The notes under the pieces are model-generated. The model made no database searches. It saw only the letters and a list, made by a program, of their open reading frames with translations, and was not told the origin of the DNA. A stretch of DNA of 64,000 nt from an uncultured Pelagibacteraceae bacterium (GTDB taxonomy: Bacteria > Pseudomonadota > Alphaproteobacteria > Pelagibacterales > Pelagibacteraceae): assembly GCA_902561075.1 (NCBI GenBank), contig CACEOC010000002.1, forward strand, positions 11,283 through 75,282, in the 5' to 3' direction. Of this stretch, positions 51,341-62,462 are shown in pieces; the stretch's first letter is position 1, and every line of letters begins with the position of its first letter. The position numbers and the translations under genes were made by a program.

Positions 51341-51999
51341 TTTCTATTTCCAAAAATTTTTGAACCTATTCTTAAAAATGATGCTTTATATTTTAAAGCT
51401 TTCAAATAATCATGAGACATACCCATGCTAAGATCTTTTAGGCTAAATTTGTCATTAAGAGATTTTAAATCAGAGAAATACTTATCAGAATCCTCATCAA
51501 AAGGTGGTAAGCACATCAATCCTAAAACATTCAAATTACTTTGTTTACAAAATTCAAGCAGATCCGATATTTCATCTGTCCTTATACCTGATTTCTGTGC
51601 TTCATTTGCTAAGTTAACTTGAATAAAAATATGCACCTTTTTATTTAAGTTTTTTTGCTCATTAGATATTTTCTGAGCAAGTTTTTTGCTATCGACAGAA
51701 TGTATATAGTCAAATATTTTTAGTGCTTGTTTGACTTTGTTTGTTTGTAGTTTTCCAATCATATGTAATTTAATTGAATTGTTTTTTTCTTTTATGAATT
51801 TCCACTTGTCACTAGCTTCCTGAACTTTATTCTCACCAAAATGTAAGTGTCCAAAATCTATTAAATTTGATATGTAGTCTATTTTAAATGTCTTCGATAC
51901 AGCAATGATTTTTGGATGATAGTTTGCTAATCCTAATTTTCCAATATTTTGTTTTATTTCTGATTGAATTTCGATTAAGTTTTTAATTGTTTGATGCAT
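51337..51999 (-). CDS. yggS: PLP homeostasis protein
   Basis: IAVSKT, FGENKVQE, HMIGKLQTNK, LSMGMS, RIGSKIFG. Confidence 0.96.
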   Translation of the reverse strand: MHQTIKNLIEIQSEIKQNIGKLGLANYHPKIIAVSKTFKIDYISNLIDFGHLHFGENKVQEASDKWKFIKEKNNSIKLHMIGKLQTNKVKQALKIFDYIHSVDSKKLAQKISNEQKNLNKKVHIFIQVNLANEAQKSGIRTDEISDLLEFCKQSNLNVLGLMCLPPFDEDSDKYFSDLKSLNDKFSLKDLSMGMSHDYLKALKYKASFLRIGSKIFGNRN

Positions 52000-52539
52000 A
52001 ATTTTTTAAAGCAATATTATTTTATAAATAAATTTAATCCAGATCATTTAAATAATTTAAGTAAGAATATAGGTATTATTTATCGTAATTATTCAGAAAA
52101 TAATAATATTTTAATTATAAAGAGGATTAGTCAATTTTGTAAATCAAGTGGAAGGAAATTTTATATATCAAACAATATAAAACTAGCAATTAAACTAGAT
52201 CTTGACGGTGTATATTTTCCCTCTTTTGAGAGATCTCTTGTCCATAATTGTTATAATCTTAAAAAGAATTTTAAGATTATAGGATCTGCCCATAATTTAT
52301 TTGAAATGAATATAAAAAAAAAACAAAATATTAGTGAGGTGTTTATTTCTCCAGTTTTTAAAAAAAAAGGCAGAAATGCATTGGGTATTTATGGATTTAT
52401 TAAATTGAGAAATTCAAGCAATATAAAATCTATCGTTTTAGGTGGAGTAGATAATTCGAATTTTAATAAATTAAAAAATTTAAAATGTTATGGTTTTGCA
52501 GCAATAAATTTTTTTGACAAAAAAAAAGGCCCCTCATAA
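51994..52539 (+). CDS. Thiamine-phosphate synthase-like (TMP-TENI) protein
   Basis: DGVY, IGSAHN, FISPVF, LGGV; divergent, function uncertain. Confidence 0.7.
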   Translation: MHNFLKQYYFINKFNPDHLNNLSKNIGIIYRNYSENNNILIIKRISQFCKSSGRKFYISNNIKLAIKLDLDGVYFPSFERSLVHNCYNLKKNFKIIGSAHNLFEMNIKKKQNISEVFISPVFKKKGRNALGIYGFIKLRNSSNIKSIVLGGVDNSNFNKLKNLKCYGFAAINFFDKKKGPS

Positions 52540-52550
52540 GAGGGGCCTTT
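52519..52550 (-). terminator. Intrinsic terminator of the porin gene, possibly bidirectional
   Basis: AAAGGCCCCTC-ATAA-GAGGGGCCTTT perfect stem with A9 on the plus strand (U run on minus); overlaps the last codons of the convergent gene. Confidence 0.9.
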
Positions 52551-52571
52551 AAATATTCTAAATATTTCTAA

Positions 52572-53465
52572 TTAGAATGCAAATGATACAGATACTTCTT
52601 TGAATGTATCTTCACCTGAAGCACCAGCAACGTTATCTGTTGCGTTTGATACTAATCCAACTGTCATTCCACCTGAAGTGTATGAAGCTGAAACACCTGA
52701 AGATTCTTCATCTGTACCTGTTCCCATATCTACATCCCAGATACCGTAAGAAACAGATAAACTCTCGTTAACTGCAAAAGATACACCAATACCTGTTGCA
52801 TCTTCGTCAGCTGTAGCACCTGAATTGTCTAACTCAGCTACTTGATAAGCAGCAGTTAAACCACCCATTGAATATGTAACAAACATAGTCATTTGGTCTT
52901 GAGTTGAACCTACTTCACCATTACCATAACCAATAGTTAAACCGTCGACTAAACCACTGTATGTTAACGCAAATGATTTCTCAGTATCATCATCTTTATG
53001 ATATGATCCGCTAAATCCTACACCACCAAAAGAATTTGTGTAGTAAAGTGCGTTTGTGTCACCAGTTCCAACAATACCATTGTCGTCTGTGTCAGTATCA
53101 TCCCATACTTCCTCACCAGCTGTTGGCAATTTGTATCTTACTGTTCTGATACCAGCACCACTGTTTCCTCTTCCAATTCCAGCTACACCAGCATCACCCA
53201 TATCGATTAATACGTTTGAAGATGTGTGAGAAGAGTCTGACATTTTGTATAGGTAAGAAACTGACATTCCGTTATCTAAATCACCAGATCCCGTGAACGC
53301 AATTCCTTTATCCATAGAAAATGAGTTACCAGTTACTTCGTCATCGTCTGCAGACTTCATAGAGATTTTAGCTTTACCGCTAACATCTAAAGCTCCTGCA
53401 TAAGCAGATGAAGCAACTAAAGTCGAACCTGCTACTGCAAGTCCAAGTTTTTTTAAGTTGTTCAT
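52572..53465 (-). CDS. Major outer-membrane porin
   Basis: Signal peptide ending AYA; acidic, Gly/Ser-rich beta strands; C-terminal VSFAF; AGGAG RBS; codon usage unlike neighbours. Confidence 0.88.
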   Translation of the reverse strand: MNNLKKLGLAVAGSTLVASSAYAGALDVSGKAKISMKSADDDEVTGNSFSMDKGIAFTGSGDLDNGMSVSYLYKMSDSSHTSSNVLIDMGDAGVAGIGRGNSGAGIRTVRYKLPTAGEEVWDDTDTDDNGIVGTGDTNALYYTNSFGGVGFSGSYHKDDDTEKSFALTYSGLVDGLTIGYGNGEVGSTQDQMTMFVTYSMGGLTAAYQVAELDNSGATADEDATGIGVSFAVNESLSVSYGIWDVDMGTGTDEESSGVSASYTSGGMTVGLVSNATDNVAGASGEDTFKEVSVSFAF

Positions 53466-53682
53466 AAATTTACTCCTAATGTTAATAATTAATTATAAAC
53501 AGAGACTTTTTAACAAAGTCCCAGTTTTTTTGATCTAGTTTTTTTTAATTTTAATGATATTTTAAAACTATGTTGCAAAAATACATCATTTTAAGGTCAA
53601 ATTTGGATCATTTTTCGTGTTTTTTTAGTCAAATTTGATAAATATTCCCTAGTTATCTTATTAATTAAATTAGTATTAAATT

Positions 53683-54252
53683 ATGAAAATTTTATTCTTT
53701 TGGCTTAATCTATCTACTTTATGTGTTTTTTTGTTCCTCAATTCATGTGGAATATACAGACCTGTTGATGCAAGAGAGTTTCCACCAGAACCAGAGAAAA
53801 GAATTCAAAGAAATATAGAGGAAGGTAGAGGGATGAGATTGTTTCAAAAAAAAGAGGGTGGTGTCTTTGATTTTGCAAGCTCGAATCCATTATGGAGAGC
53901 TAGTTTAGACACTATAAACTTCATGCCTTTATTGTCAGCTAACTACAGTGGAGGTATAATTATTACTGATTGGTACAGTGATAATTCCGCTGATAACGAG
54001 TCTATAAAGATTACTATAAGATTTTTGACAAGTGAGGTAAGATCAGACGCAATTGAAGTTACAATTTTTAGGAAAGATTGTAACGCAGAAAATAATTGTT
54101 CAATCTATCAGGAAGATGGTGATCTCACGTTTCAAGTTAAAAAAAGTATTTTAAAAAAAGCTGCACTTTATAAAGAAGAAAAAATTAAGAAAAATCGAAA
54201 ACCTTATAGTCCAGGTGGTGATGGCATTAGCGGTGGATCTACTATATTTTAA
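53683..54252 (+). CDS. DUF3576-like lipoprotein
   Basis: Lipobox LNSC; NPLWRASLDTINFMPL...GGIIITDWY; upstream of leuS. Confidence 0.8.
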   Translation: MKILFFWLNLSTLCVFLFLNSCGIYRPVDAREFPPEPEKRIQRNIEEGRGMRLFQKKEGGVFDFASSNPLWRASLDTINFMPLLSANYSGGIIITDWYSDNSADNESIKITIRFLTSEVRSDAIEVTIFRKDCNAENNCSIYQEDGDLTFQVKKSILKKAALYKEEKIKKNRKPYSPGGDGISGGSTIF

Positions 54253-54267
54253 AATAATTTAAAATTC

Positions 54268-56814
54268 GTGAATAGATATAATTTCAAACAAGTAGAAGAG
54301 AAGTGGCAAGGTTATTGGTTAAAAAATAATACTTTTAAATCAAAAAAAGATCCAAACAAAAAAAAGTTTTATTGCTTAGAAATGTTTCCTTATCCCTCTG
54401 GAAAAATCCACATGGGGCATGTAAGAAATTATACAATTGGTGACGTTTTATCGAGACACAAATTACTTCAAAACTATAACGTTTTACACCCAATGGGTTG
54501 GGATTCATTTGGTATGCCCGCTGAAAACGCAGCAAGAGAGAATAATCTAAATCCAAAAGAATGGACGGAAAAGAACATAAGTGTAATGAAAAACCAGCTA
54601 AAAAAATTAGGTTTATCTATTGATTGGGACAGAGAAATTTCAACTTGTTCTGAAGATTATTATAAGCACCAACAATTATTTTTTCTCGAAATGTACAACA
54701 AAGGTCTAATTTATCGAAAAGAAAACTATGTAAATTGGGATCCTATTGACGAAACTGTACTTGCAAACGAACAAGTTATTGATGGTAAGGGATGGAGATC
54801 AGGGGCTGTGGTTCAAAGAAAAAAACTAAATCAGTGGTTTTTTAACATTTCAAAATTCTCAGATGTACTTCTTGAGGAGTTAGACAATTTAAATAAATGG
54901 CCAAATAAAGTAAAAATAATGCAGAAAAATTGGATAGGCAAATCCTTTGGTTGTGAAATTGATTTTAAAATAGAAGGTAGTAAAGATTTTAAAACTATTA
55001 AGTGCTTCACAACTAGACCTGATACTTTATTCGGTATTTCCTTTTTAGCTTTATCAATTGACCACCCTGTATCTAAACTTTACGAAAATGACGAAGATTT
55101 TAAAAAATTTAAAGATGAATGTTCTAAAACAGGAACCACAGAAGAGTCGATTGCCCAAGGAGAAAAAATAGGTTTTAAGACAAAATTAATTGCTACCAGT
55201 CCTTTTGAAAAAGATAAGAAGGTCCCTGTATTTTTTGCAAACTTTGTTTTGATGGATTATGGATTTGGTGCAGTTTTCGGCTGTCCTGCACATGATCAAA
55301 GAGATATGGATTTTGCAATTAAATATAAATTAAGCATAAAAACTGTGGTGCGACCTAACAATAAAGATGAGAGTTTTAAAGTTGGAGATAAAGCTTTTTC
55401 AGACGAAGGTATTATTATAAACTCCGATTTTTTAAATGGCTTAAAGGCTCCTAATGAGTCAGTTATTAAAACCATTGAAATTCTTGAAGAAAAGAAATTA
55501 GGTGTTAAGAAAATTAATTTTAGACTTAAAGATTGGGGTGTTTCAAGACAAAGATATTGGGGTTGCCCTATACCAATTATTTATGATGAGAATGGAAAAC
55601 CTCATCCTGTAAAAAAAGAAGACCTTCCAGTAAAATTACCTAATAGTGTTAATTTACAGTCAAAAGGCAATCCTTTAGATCAAAATAAAGATTGGAAAAA
55701 TATTAATATAAATGGAAAAAATTTTATTAGAGAAACCGATACACTTGATACATTTGTTGACTCATCATGGTATTTTTTAAGGTTTTGTTCGCCTGAAGAA
55801 AACGAATATGGTTACGATTTAGAGAGCATTAACTATTGGATGCCAGTTGATCAATATATTGGAGGTGTTGAGCATGCAATATTACATCTGCTTTATTCAA
55901 GATTTTTCATGAGAGCTATAGGTTACAAAAATACAAATTTTAAATTCTTAGAACCATTTGAAGGATTATTCACGCAAGGAATGGTATGCCATGAAACTTA
56001 TAAGGATAGCAAAGGTAATTGGATAAACCCTAATGATATCGAGACCGAAAATGGAAAAGACTATTTCTTAAAATCTAATAAAAAAGAAAAAATTATTGTA
56101 GGACAATCAGAGTCTATGTCCAAATCAAAAAAAAATACAATAGATCCTGAGGAAATAATTAATACTTATGGTGCTGATGCAGTCAGATTATTTATACTCT
56201 CTGATAGTCCACCTGAAAAAGACGTTCAGTGGTCAGAACAAGGTATGCAAGCATCATATAAGTTTCTACAAAAATTATGGGGTCTAAACGAGTTGATTTT
56301 AGAGAAAATAAAAATTAAAGGAAATGATAATACTAATGAAAAAAATCTAGAAATATTTATCAATGAAACAATTGAAAAATTTAATTACAACCTAGAAAAA
56401 TTTAATTACAACGTCCTAATTGCCAATTTATATGAAACTTATAATTTTTTGATTGATTTGGTTAACAAAAATATTAATGGAGATATTTTATTAGAAAATT
56501 ATAAAAAGATATTGATAATCATGTCACCCATAATACCTCATTATGCAAGCGAATGTTTATACAAATTTGGTATAACAGAAAAATTAGAGTGGCCAGAGGT
56601 AGATAAAAATAAAATTAAAAAAGAAACTATTGAATATGTGATACAGATAAATGGTAAAAAAAGAGGAAATTTAATGGCAAAACCAAACATGAACGAAAAA
56701 GAATTGATGGAATTAATTATAAAAGATGACAAAATAAACAAATCTTTATTAAAAAAAAAGATAGATAAAACATTCTATGTAAAAAATAGACTTGTAAACA
56801 TTTTAGTAAAATGA
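54268..56814 (+). CDS. leuS: Leucine--tRNA ligase
   Basis: [33 protein letters not shown]. Confidence 0.99.
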   Translation: MNRYNFKQVEEKWQGYWLKNNTFKSKKDPNKKKFYCLEMFPYPSGKIHMGHVRNYTIGDVLSRHKLLQNYNVLHPMGWDSFGMPAENAARENNLNPKEWTEKNISVMKNQLKKLGLSIDWDREISTCSEDYYKHQQLFFLEMYNKGLIYRKENYVNWDPIDETVLANEQVIDGKGWRSGAVVQRKKLNQWFFNISKFSDVLLEELDNLNKWPNKVKIMQKNWIGKSFGCEIDFKIEGSKDFKTIKCFTTRPDTLFGISFLALSIDHPVSKLYENDEDFKKFKDECSKTGTTEESIAQGEKIGFKTKLIATSPFEKDKKVPVFFANFVLMDYGFGAVFGCPAHDQRDMDFAIKYKLSIKTVVRPNNKDESFKVGDKAFSDEGIIINSDFLNGLKAPNESVIKTIEILEEKKLGVKKINFRLKDWGVSRQRYWGCPIPIIYDENGKPHPVKKEDLPVKLPNSVNLQSKGNPLDQNKDWKNININGKNFIRETDTLDTFVDSSWYFLRFCSPEENEYGYDLESINYWMPVDQYIGGVEHAILHLLYSRFFMRAIGYKNTNFKFLEPFEGLFTQGMVCHETYKDSKGNWINPNDIETENGKDYFLKSNKKEKIIVGQSESMSKSKKNTIDPEEIINTYGADAVRLFILSDSPPEKDVQWSEQGMQASYKFLQKLWGLNELILEKIKIKGNDNTNEKNLEIFINETIEKFNYNLEKFNYNVLIANLYETYNFLIDLVNKNINGDILLENYKKILIIMSPIIPHYASECLYKFGITEKLEWPEVDKNKIKKETIEYVIQINGKKRGNLMAKPNMNEKELMELIIKDDKINKSLLKKKIDKTFYVKNRLVNILVK

Positions 56815-57254
56815 AAAAAATTTTAACAATAATATTTATTTCCCTTCTACTTAATTCATGTGGTTATAAATCAATTTTGGTTAATGAGGCTTCAAATTTC
56901 TCAATAAAAGAATTCAAGATTTTAAATGATGAAAAAACTTCAAAATATATTGCAAAAAATTTGCAAGAGTATAAAAAAAGTGACGGCATACACTCGGTAA
57001 CTATAGAGTCAAATTTTACAAGAGATATATCATCCAAAAATAAAAAAGGAAATCCAGAAACTTTTTCAATGCAATTGGTTGTTAATATATCAATATCATC
57101 AGAGGATAAAATTTTAAAAAATTCCTTTAAAGAAGTCGTTAACTACAATAACAAAGAAAGTAAATTTAAATTAAAGACATTTGAGGAAAATCTTAAAAAT
57201 AATTTATTAGAAAAAATTTTACAAGATATAAAAATTTATATGCAATCCCTATAA
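56811..57254 (+). CDS. lptE: LPS-assembly lipoprotein LptE-like
   Basis: Lipobox LNSCGY; leuS-lptE-holA synteny. Confidence 0.75.
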   Translation: MKKILTIIFISLLLNSCGYKSILVNEASNFSIKEFKILNDEKTSKYIAKNLQEYKKSDGIHSVTIESNFTRDISSKNKKGNPETFSMQLVVNISISSEDKILKNSFKEVVNYNNKESKFKLKTFEENLKNNLLEKILQDIKIYMQSL

Positions 57255-57257
57255 TAA

Positions 57258-58241
57258 ATGATTATTAAAAATTTCGAATTAGAAAGGATAAAAAAAAGTA
57301 ATTTATCTCTATATTTATTTTATGGACAAAATGAGGGTCTTAAAAAAGAAGTATTAGAAAATTGTTTTATTAAAAATTTCAAAGGACTTGTGGAGAAGTA
57401 TGAAGAAAAAGAAGTTATTGAAAATCAAGAAGAAATTTACTCTAAAATCTTTAATAAGTCACTTTTTGAAAAAGAAAAAATTATCTTAATATCAAGAACT
57501 AGCGATAAAATTGTCAATTTTATTGAGAGAATTTTAGAAAAAAATGTATCTGATATAAAAATTATCTGTCTTTCTGAAATTTTAGAAAAAAAATCTAAGC
57601 TTAGAAATCTTTTCGAAAAAGACTCCAAATTAATCTGTATTCCTTTTTATGCTGATGACAATAAAAAACTTACGCAATTGTGTGGGGATTTTTTCAAAAA
57701 AATAAATGTTCCAATATCAAGAGAAATTTTAAATATAATTGTTGATAAGTGTCAAGGTGATAGAAATAATCTGAACCGAGAGCTTGAGAAAGTGGAAATG
57801 TTTATTGATGGTAACACCAATTTTGACATATCTGATATATTAAAATTAATTAATCTTTCTGAAAATTATACTGTGTCCGAGCTTGTAGATAGTTGCTTGT
57901 CAAAAAATATCAAAAATACTGCTAAGATATTAAATGAAAATAATTACACAAATGATGATTGTATTCTGATATTGAGAACAATGCTAAATAAAACAAAAAG
58001 ACTAATTAAATTAAGAGATGACTACGATGTAACAAAAAATTTAGATTCTACAGTTTCAAATTTTAGACCCCCAATTTTTTGGAAAGATAAAGATGTAATA
58101 AAAAAACAACTATTAAAATGGGATAAAAAAAATTCTTCTGAACTAATTTTTGAAATTAATGAATTAGAAAAATTAATAAAAAAAAATTCAGAAAATTCGT
58201 TGAGAATTACTTACGATTTTGTATTGTCAACTGCAAACTAA
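57258..58241 (+). CDS. holA: DNA polymerase III delta subunit
   Basis: YLFYGQNEG, KKSKLR, ELEK, RPPIFWKDK; synteny. Confidence 0.88.
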   Translation: MIIKNFELERIKKSNLSLYLFYGQNEGLKKEVLENCFIKNFKGLVEKYEEKEVIENQEEIYSKIFNKSLFEKEKIILISRTSDKIVNFIERILEKNVSDIKIICLSEILEKKSKLRNLFEKDSKLICIPFYADDNKKLTQLCGDFFKKINVPISREILNIIVDKCQGDRNNLNRELEKVEMFIDGNTNFDISDILKLINLSENYTVSELVDSCLSKNIKNTAKILNENNYTNDDCILILRTMLNKTKRLIKLRDDYDVTKNLDSTVSNFRPPIFWKDKDVIKKQLLKWDKKNSSELIFEINELEKLIKKNSENSLRITYDFVLSTAN

Positions 58242-59089
58242 TAATTAGCCTTTATAACCATTATTAGTCTATTTAATTGATCTGGGTCTTTGTAATTAAA
58301 AGTTAACTGCCCAGTGTTATTTTTTGAATTTTTAATGTTAACGTTTATACCTGTTTTATCTTCCAATGTTTTCTCTAAATTCAAAATATTTGGATCTTTA
58401 ATATTATTTTTATTTTTTTTTGGGTTCTTAATTGCTTTAATTAAACTTTCAGCTTGTCTGACAGAAAGATTTTTATCAACAATTTTTCTTGCTATAAAAT
58501 AAGAATTTTCTAAGCCAACTAACACCTTTGCGTGGCCTTGTGAAATTTTACCTTCTTCAATTAAGCTTAATACATCTTTAGGTAAATTTAGCAATCTCAG
58601 TGAGTTAGATATATGTGATCTACTTTTTCCAATAAATTTTGATACTTGTTCTTGATCATATGAAAATTCCTCTATTAACCTTTTATATCCATTAGCCTCC
58701 TCAATTGGATTTAAATCATTTCTTTGAACATTCTCAATAATTGCAAGCTCTAATGATTTTAGATCATTAGCCTCTATTACAACTATCGGAACTTCATGTA
58801 ATCCAGCTTTTTGTGCAGCTTGTAATCTTCTTTCGCCAGCAATTAATTCAAATTTATACTCATCTCTCTGTGATTTTCTTACGATGAGTGGTTGAATTAC
58901 ACCTCTTTCTTTAATAGATTTTGTTAAATCTTCAAGGCTATGCTGGTCAAATTTTTTTCTTGGTTGAAACTTGTTTGTAATTATAGAGCTTATAGATACA
59001 AAATTATTATTTTTGGTGACTTCATTATCGCCAATTAAAGAGGATAAACCTCTTCCAAGTCCTTTCTTTTTATTAAATGGATTTATCAT
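58238..59089 (-). CDS. parB: Chromosome partitioning protein ParB
   Basis: GLGRGLSSL, QPRKKF, IAGERR, ENVQRNDLNPIEEA, HTH. Confidence 0.97.
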   Translation of the reverse strand: MINPFNKKKGLGRGLSSLIGDNEVTKNNNFVSISSIITNKFQPRKKFDQHSLEDLTKSIKERGVIQPLIVRKSQRDEYKFELIAGERRLQAAQKAGLHEVPIVVIEANDLKSLELAIIENVQRNDLNPIEEANGYKRLIEEFSYDQEQVSKFIGKSRSHISNSLRLLNLPKDVLSLIEEGKISQGHAKVLVGLENSYFIARKIVDKNLSVRQAESLIKAIKNPKKNKNNIKDPNILNLEKTLEDKTGINVNIKNSKNNTGQLTFNYKDPDQLNRLIMVIKANY

Positions 59090-59886
59090 GCGGCCGTAAC
59101 CTCTAGTTTATCTTGATCTAAAAATTCATCAGTTAATTTAAAATAGGCTTTACTACCAGGACAGGACTTGTCGTATACAAGCACAGGAATTCCATGGGAG
59201 GGGGCCTCGGATAATCTTACATTTCTTGGCACTACCGATAAGTAAACTTTATCTTTAAAGTAATTTCTAGCTTCACTCTCAACCTGTGAAGACAGGTTAT
59301 TTCGTTTGTCGAACATAGTTAAAAGAATGCCTCTAATGTTAAGAGAGGGGTTTAAGTTAGATTTTATTCTTTCTATGGTTTTTATAAGCTGAGTTAGACC
59401 CTCTAATGCAAAAAACTCTGTTTGCAAGGGAACTAAAATCTCGTGGGAAGCTACAAGTGCCATGATTGTTAGTAGACTTAAGGATGGTGGGCAGTCAATT
59501 AAGACATATTCATATGATGCTCTAGAATCGTGTATTAGAGCTATTAATTCGTCTTTTAATTTGAAGGCTCTTCTACTGTCTCCAGCTGTTTCAACCTCCA
59601 AACCTGACAAATCTACATTTGAGGATATTAAACTTAGATTTTCAAATTTTGTTGGCTGTATAACTTCTGTAATTTTTTTATTTCCATTTAAAACACTGTA
59701 AATTGTTTTTTCAGAACTTTGGGTGTTTGATAAACCAAGCCCAGTTGTTGCATTCCCTTGTGGATCAAGATCTATTACTAAAATTTTTTTTCCTTTTAAG
59801 GCTAAACCTGCAGCAAGGTTTATTACTGTTGTGGTTTTCCCTACCCCTCCTTTTTGATTTATTATCGAAATAATTTTACTACTCAT
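59086..59886 (-). CDS. parA: Chromosome partitioning ATPase ParA
   Basis: NQKGGVGKTTT, DLDPQGNA, DCPPSL, PRNVRLSEAPS. Confidence 0.98.
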   Translation of the reverse strand: MSSKIISIINQKGGVGKTTTVINLAAGLALKGKKILVIDLDPQGNATTGLGLSNTQSSEKTIYSVLNGNKKITEVIQPTKFENLSLISSNVDLSGLEVETAGDSRRAFKLKDELIALIHDSRASYEYVLIDCPPSLSLLTIMALVASHEILVPLQTEFFALEGLTQLIKTIERIKSNLNPSLNIRGILLTMFDKRNNLSSQVESEARNYFKDKVYLSVVPRNVRLSEAPSHGIPVLVYDKSCPGSKAYFKLTDEFLDQDKLEVTAA

Positions 59887-60521
59887 TTTTTTTTTAAATT
59901 ATAAATTTTTACAATTATAGATTCATCGTTAGTTAAACTTTTTTTTTCCTCATAATCGAATTGCCATAGCTTAAGTGCTTGTTTTAAAATTTTTTTTCCA
60001 CTTCTTCCTAAATATAAAATTATATATTTATAATTTCTGAAATTTTTTTTTGCGATTTCAAATATAACTGGCAATGGCTTAAATGCTCTACAGACAATCA
60101 CATCTGTATTTAAATTTTTTTCCTCAAAAATATTTTTTTGCTTAATTTCTGTATTTAATTTAAATTTTTTTGACATTTTTTTTAAAAAATTGCTTTTGTG
60201 GTAACTTTTTTCGTAAAATATCATTTTGAAATATGGTTTTTTAGGTTTCATCATAATAGCTAAAACAATACCGGGTAAGCCTGCACCTGAACCTAGATCA
60301 GTGCAAGTTTTTATATCTTTTTTATCAATAAAATCAATGGTTTGTGCACTATCTTTGATATGCCTTATTTTTATTAGTTTTTCTGTGTTTTTTGATATTA
60401 AATTAATATCCCGATTTTTAGATATTATTTCTTTTTCGTAGCTATCAAGCTCTATTAATGTTTCACGTGAAACATTTAAAGAAAAGTCTTTCTGAGTTTT
60501 TAAAATGTTCGAATCAATCAA
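59883..60521 (-). CDS. rsmG: 16S rRNA m7G527 methyltransferase
   Basis: [26 protein letters not shown]. Confidence 0.93.
   Translation of the reverse strand: MIDSNILKTQKDFSLNVSRETLIELDSYEKEIISKNRDINLISKNTEKLIKIRHIKDSAQTIDFIDKKDIKTCTDLGSGAGLPGIVLAIMMKPKKPYFKMIFYEKSYHKSNFLKKMSKKFKLNTEIKQKNIFEEKNLNTDVIVCRAFKPLPVIFEIAKKNFRNYKYIILYLGRSGKKILKQALKLWQFDYEEKKSLTNDESIIVKIYNLKKK
60459..60474. promoter_or_regulatory. parS centromere site, perfect consensus
   Basis: TGTTTCACGTGAAACA 16-bp palindrome inside rsmG, 0.6 kb upstream of parA. Confidence 0.92.
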
Positions 60522-62389
60522 GCTATATGCTTAATAGACTTTCTTTTGAGATGAGACAACAAAATATATACCGCTGCAGGAGTAATTCCGTCAATTCTTA
60601 GTGCTTGCCCCATTGTTTTAGGCTTTATTTTCTTAAATTTTGATTTTACCTCATTTGATAAACCAGAAAACATATCATAATCTAAATTATCAGGGATAAG
60701 AAGATTTTCGTCTCGTTTAAAGGCTAATATGTCTGCCTTTTGTTTTTTTAAATATCCTTTATAATGTGAGTTAATCTCAATTTGTTCGTCAATTTCACGT
60801 GAAAAAAACTCAATTTCTGGCCATATTTCACGTATTTTTTCCATATTAACAGAATTTTGACCTAGAATTTGTGTGGCAGACCTATTAACACCGTCTTTTG
60901 CAATAATAATTCCATATTTGAATGCTTTAGTTGGCGAAATCTGCAATTTATCCATTTTAACTTGAATTTTAGACAAATTACCAAACTTTTCCTTGAATAA
61001 TTTACTTCTGTATTCTGACACTAAACCATAATCAATTCCCTTTTGGGTTAATCGTATATCAGCATTATCCGATCTAAGGGACAATCTATATTCTGCTCTA
61101 GATGTGAACATCCTATATGGTTCAGCCACTCCTTTAGTGACAAGATCATCGATCATTACTCCAATATATGCTTCTGATCTATCGAGTAAAAAGGGTTCTT
61201 TTTTCATTATTGATAAAGCTGCATTTGCTCCAGCTATAAGCCCTTGAGCCGCTGCTTCCTCGTATCCTGTAGTTCCGTTTATTTGTCCTGCTAAGTATAA
61301 ATTTTTAATCTTTTTAGACTCTAAAGTTAAAAATAGTTCTCTTGGATCAACATAATCATACTCTATTGCATAACCTGGTCTGATAATTTTTACATTCTCT
61401 AAACCATTGATATTATTGCATATTTCATACTGTACCTCAGCTGGTAAGGAGGTAGAGATGCCATTTGGATATATTGTATGGTCATTTAAACCCTCAGGCT
61501 CTAAAAAAATTTGATGTCTTTGCTTATCAGCAAATTTTTTTATCTTATCCTCTATTGATGGACAATACCTAGGTCCAACACCTTGAATGTTACCAGAATA
61601 CATTGCACTTCTATGTAAATTTTTTGAGATAATTTTATGAACTTTTTCATTAGTGTATGTCATCGAACAAGATATTTGTTTGTTCAAATTTCTCTTAGTC
61701 AAAAAAGAAAAAAAGTATGGATCTTTATCAGCCGTTTGTTCCTCTAAAATATTAAAATTAATTGTACGACCATCTAATCTTGGAGGTGTGCCAGTTTTTA
61801 ATCTACCCATTTTAAATTTATATTTTTCTAATTGCTCACTTAAACCTGTTGATGGTTTTTCATTATATCTACCTGCTGGTGTCTGTTTGTCACCAATATG
61901 TATCAAACCATTCAAAAAAGTTCCGGTTGTCAGAATTATCTTAGATGATTTAATTTCTTTTCCTGATTGAGTAATAAAACCGTTTATAGTATTATTTATA
62001 AAAACAAACTTGATTACAGGATCAGAAAAAATGCTTAAATTACAGTAGTTTACAAGTTTTTCTTGCATATATTTCTTATAGAGAGATCTATCACTTTGTG
62101 TACGAGGACCACGGACAGCTGGTCCTCTGCTTCTATTTAATAATCTAAATTGTATACCTGATTTATCTGCAACATCGGCCATTAACCCGTCAAGAGCATC
62201 TATTTCACGAACTAAGTGCCCTTTACCCAATCCACCTATGGCAGGATTACATGACATTTCTCCAATAGTTTCAAATTTATGAGTAAACAATGCAGTATTG
62301 ATTCCTAAACGCGCAGATGCAGCCGCTGCCTCACAACCAGCATGACCTCCTCCTATAACAACTACATCAAAGCACAATTCGTTTTTCAT
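60518..62389 (-). CDS. mnmG: tRNA uridine-5-carboxymethylaminomethyl(34) synthesis enzyme
   Basis: [46 protein letters not shown]. Confidence 0.99.
   Translation of the reverse strand: MKNELCFDVVVIGGGHAGCEAAAASARLGINTALFTHKFETIGEMSCNPAIGGLGKGHLVREIDALDGLMADVADKSGIQFRLLNRSRGPAVRGPRTQSDRSLYKKYMQEKLVNYCNLSIFSDPVIKFVFINNTINGFITQSGKEIKSSKIILTTGTFLNGLIHIGDKQTPAGRYNEKPSTGLSEQLEKYKFKMGRLKTGTPPRLDGRTINFNILEEQTADKDPYFFSFLTKRNLNKQISCSMTYTNEKVHKIISKNLHRSAMYSGNIQGVGPRYCPSIEDKIKKFADKQRHQIFLEPEGLNDHTIYPNGISTSLPAEVQYEICNNINGLENVKIIRPGYAIEYDYVDPRELFLTLESKKIKNLYLAGQINGTTGYEEAAAQGLIAGANAALSIMKKEPFLLDRSEAYIGVMIDDLVTKGVAEPYRMFTSRAEYRLSLRSDNADIRLTQKGIDYGLVSEYRSKLFKEKFGNLSKIQVKMDKLQISPTKAFKYGIIIAKDGVNRSATQILGQNSVNMEKIREIWPEIEFFSREIDEQIEINSHYKGYLKKQKADILAFKRDENLLIPDNLDYDMFSGLSNEVKSKFKKIKPKTMGQALRIDGITPAAVYILLSHLKRKSIKHIA
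60791..60806. promoter_or_regulatory. Degenerate parS site
   Basis: AATTTCACGTGAAAAA, core TTTCACGTGAAA intact, inside mnmG. Confidence 0.65.
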
Positions 62390-62462
62390 AATTGTAATTT
62401 ATTATTGATATTAAAATTTACAAGAAAACACTTAATTTTTTTGAAATATCTCTTAATTTTAG

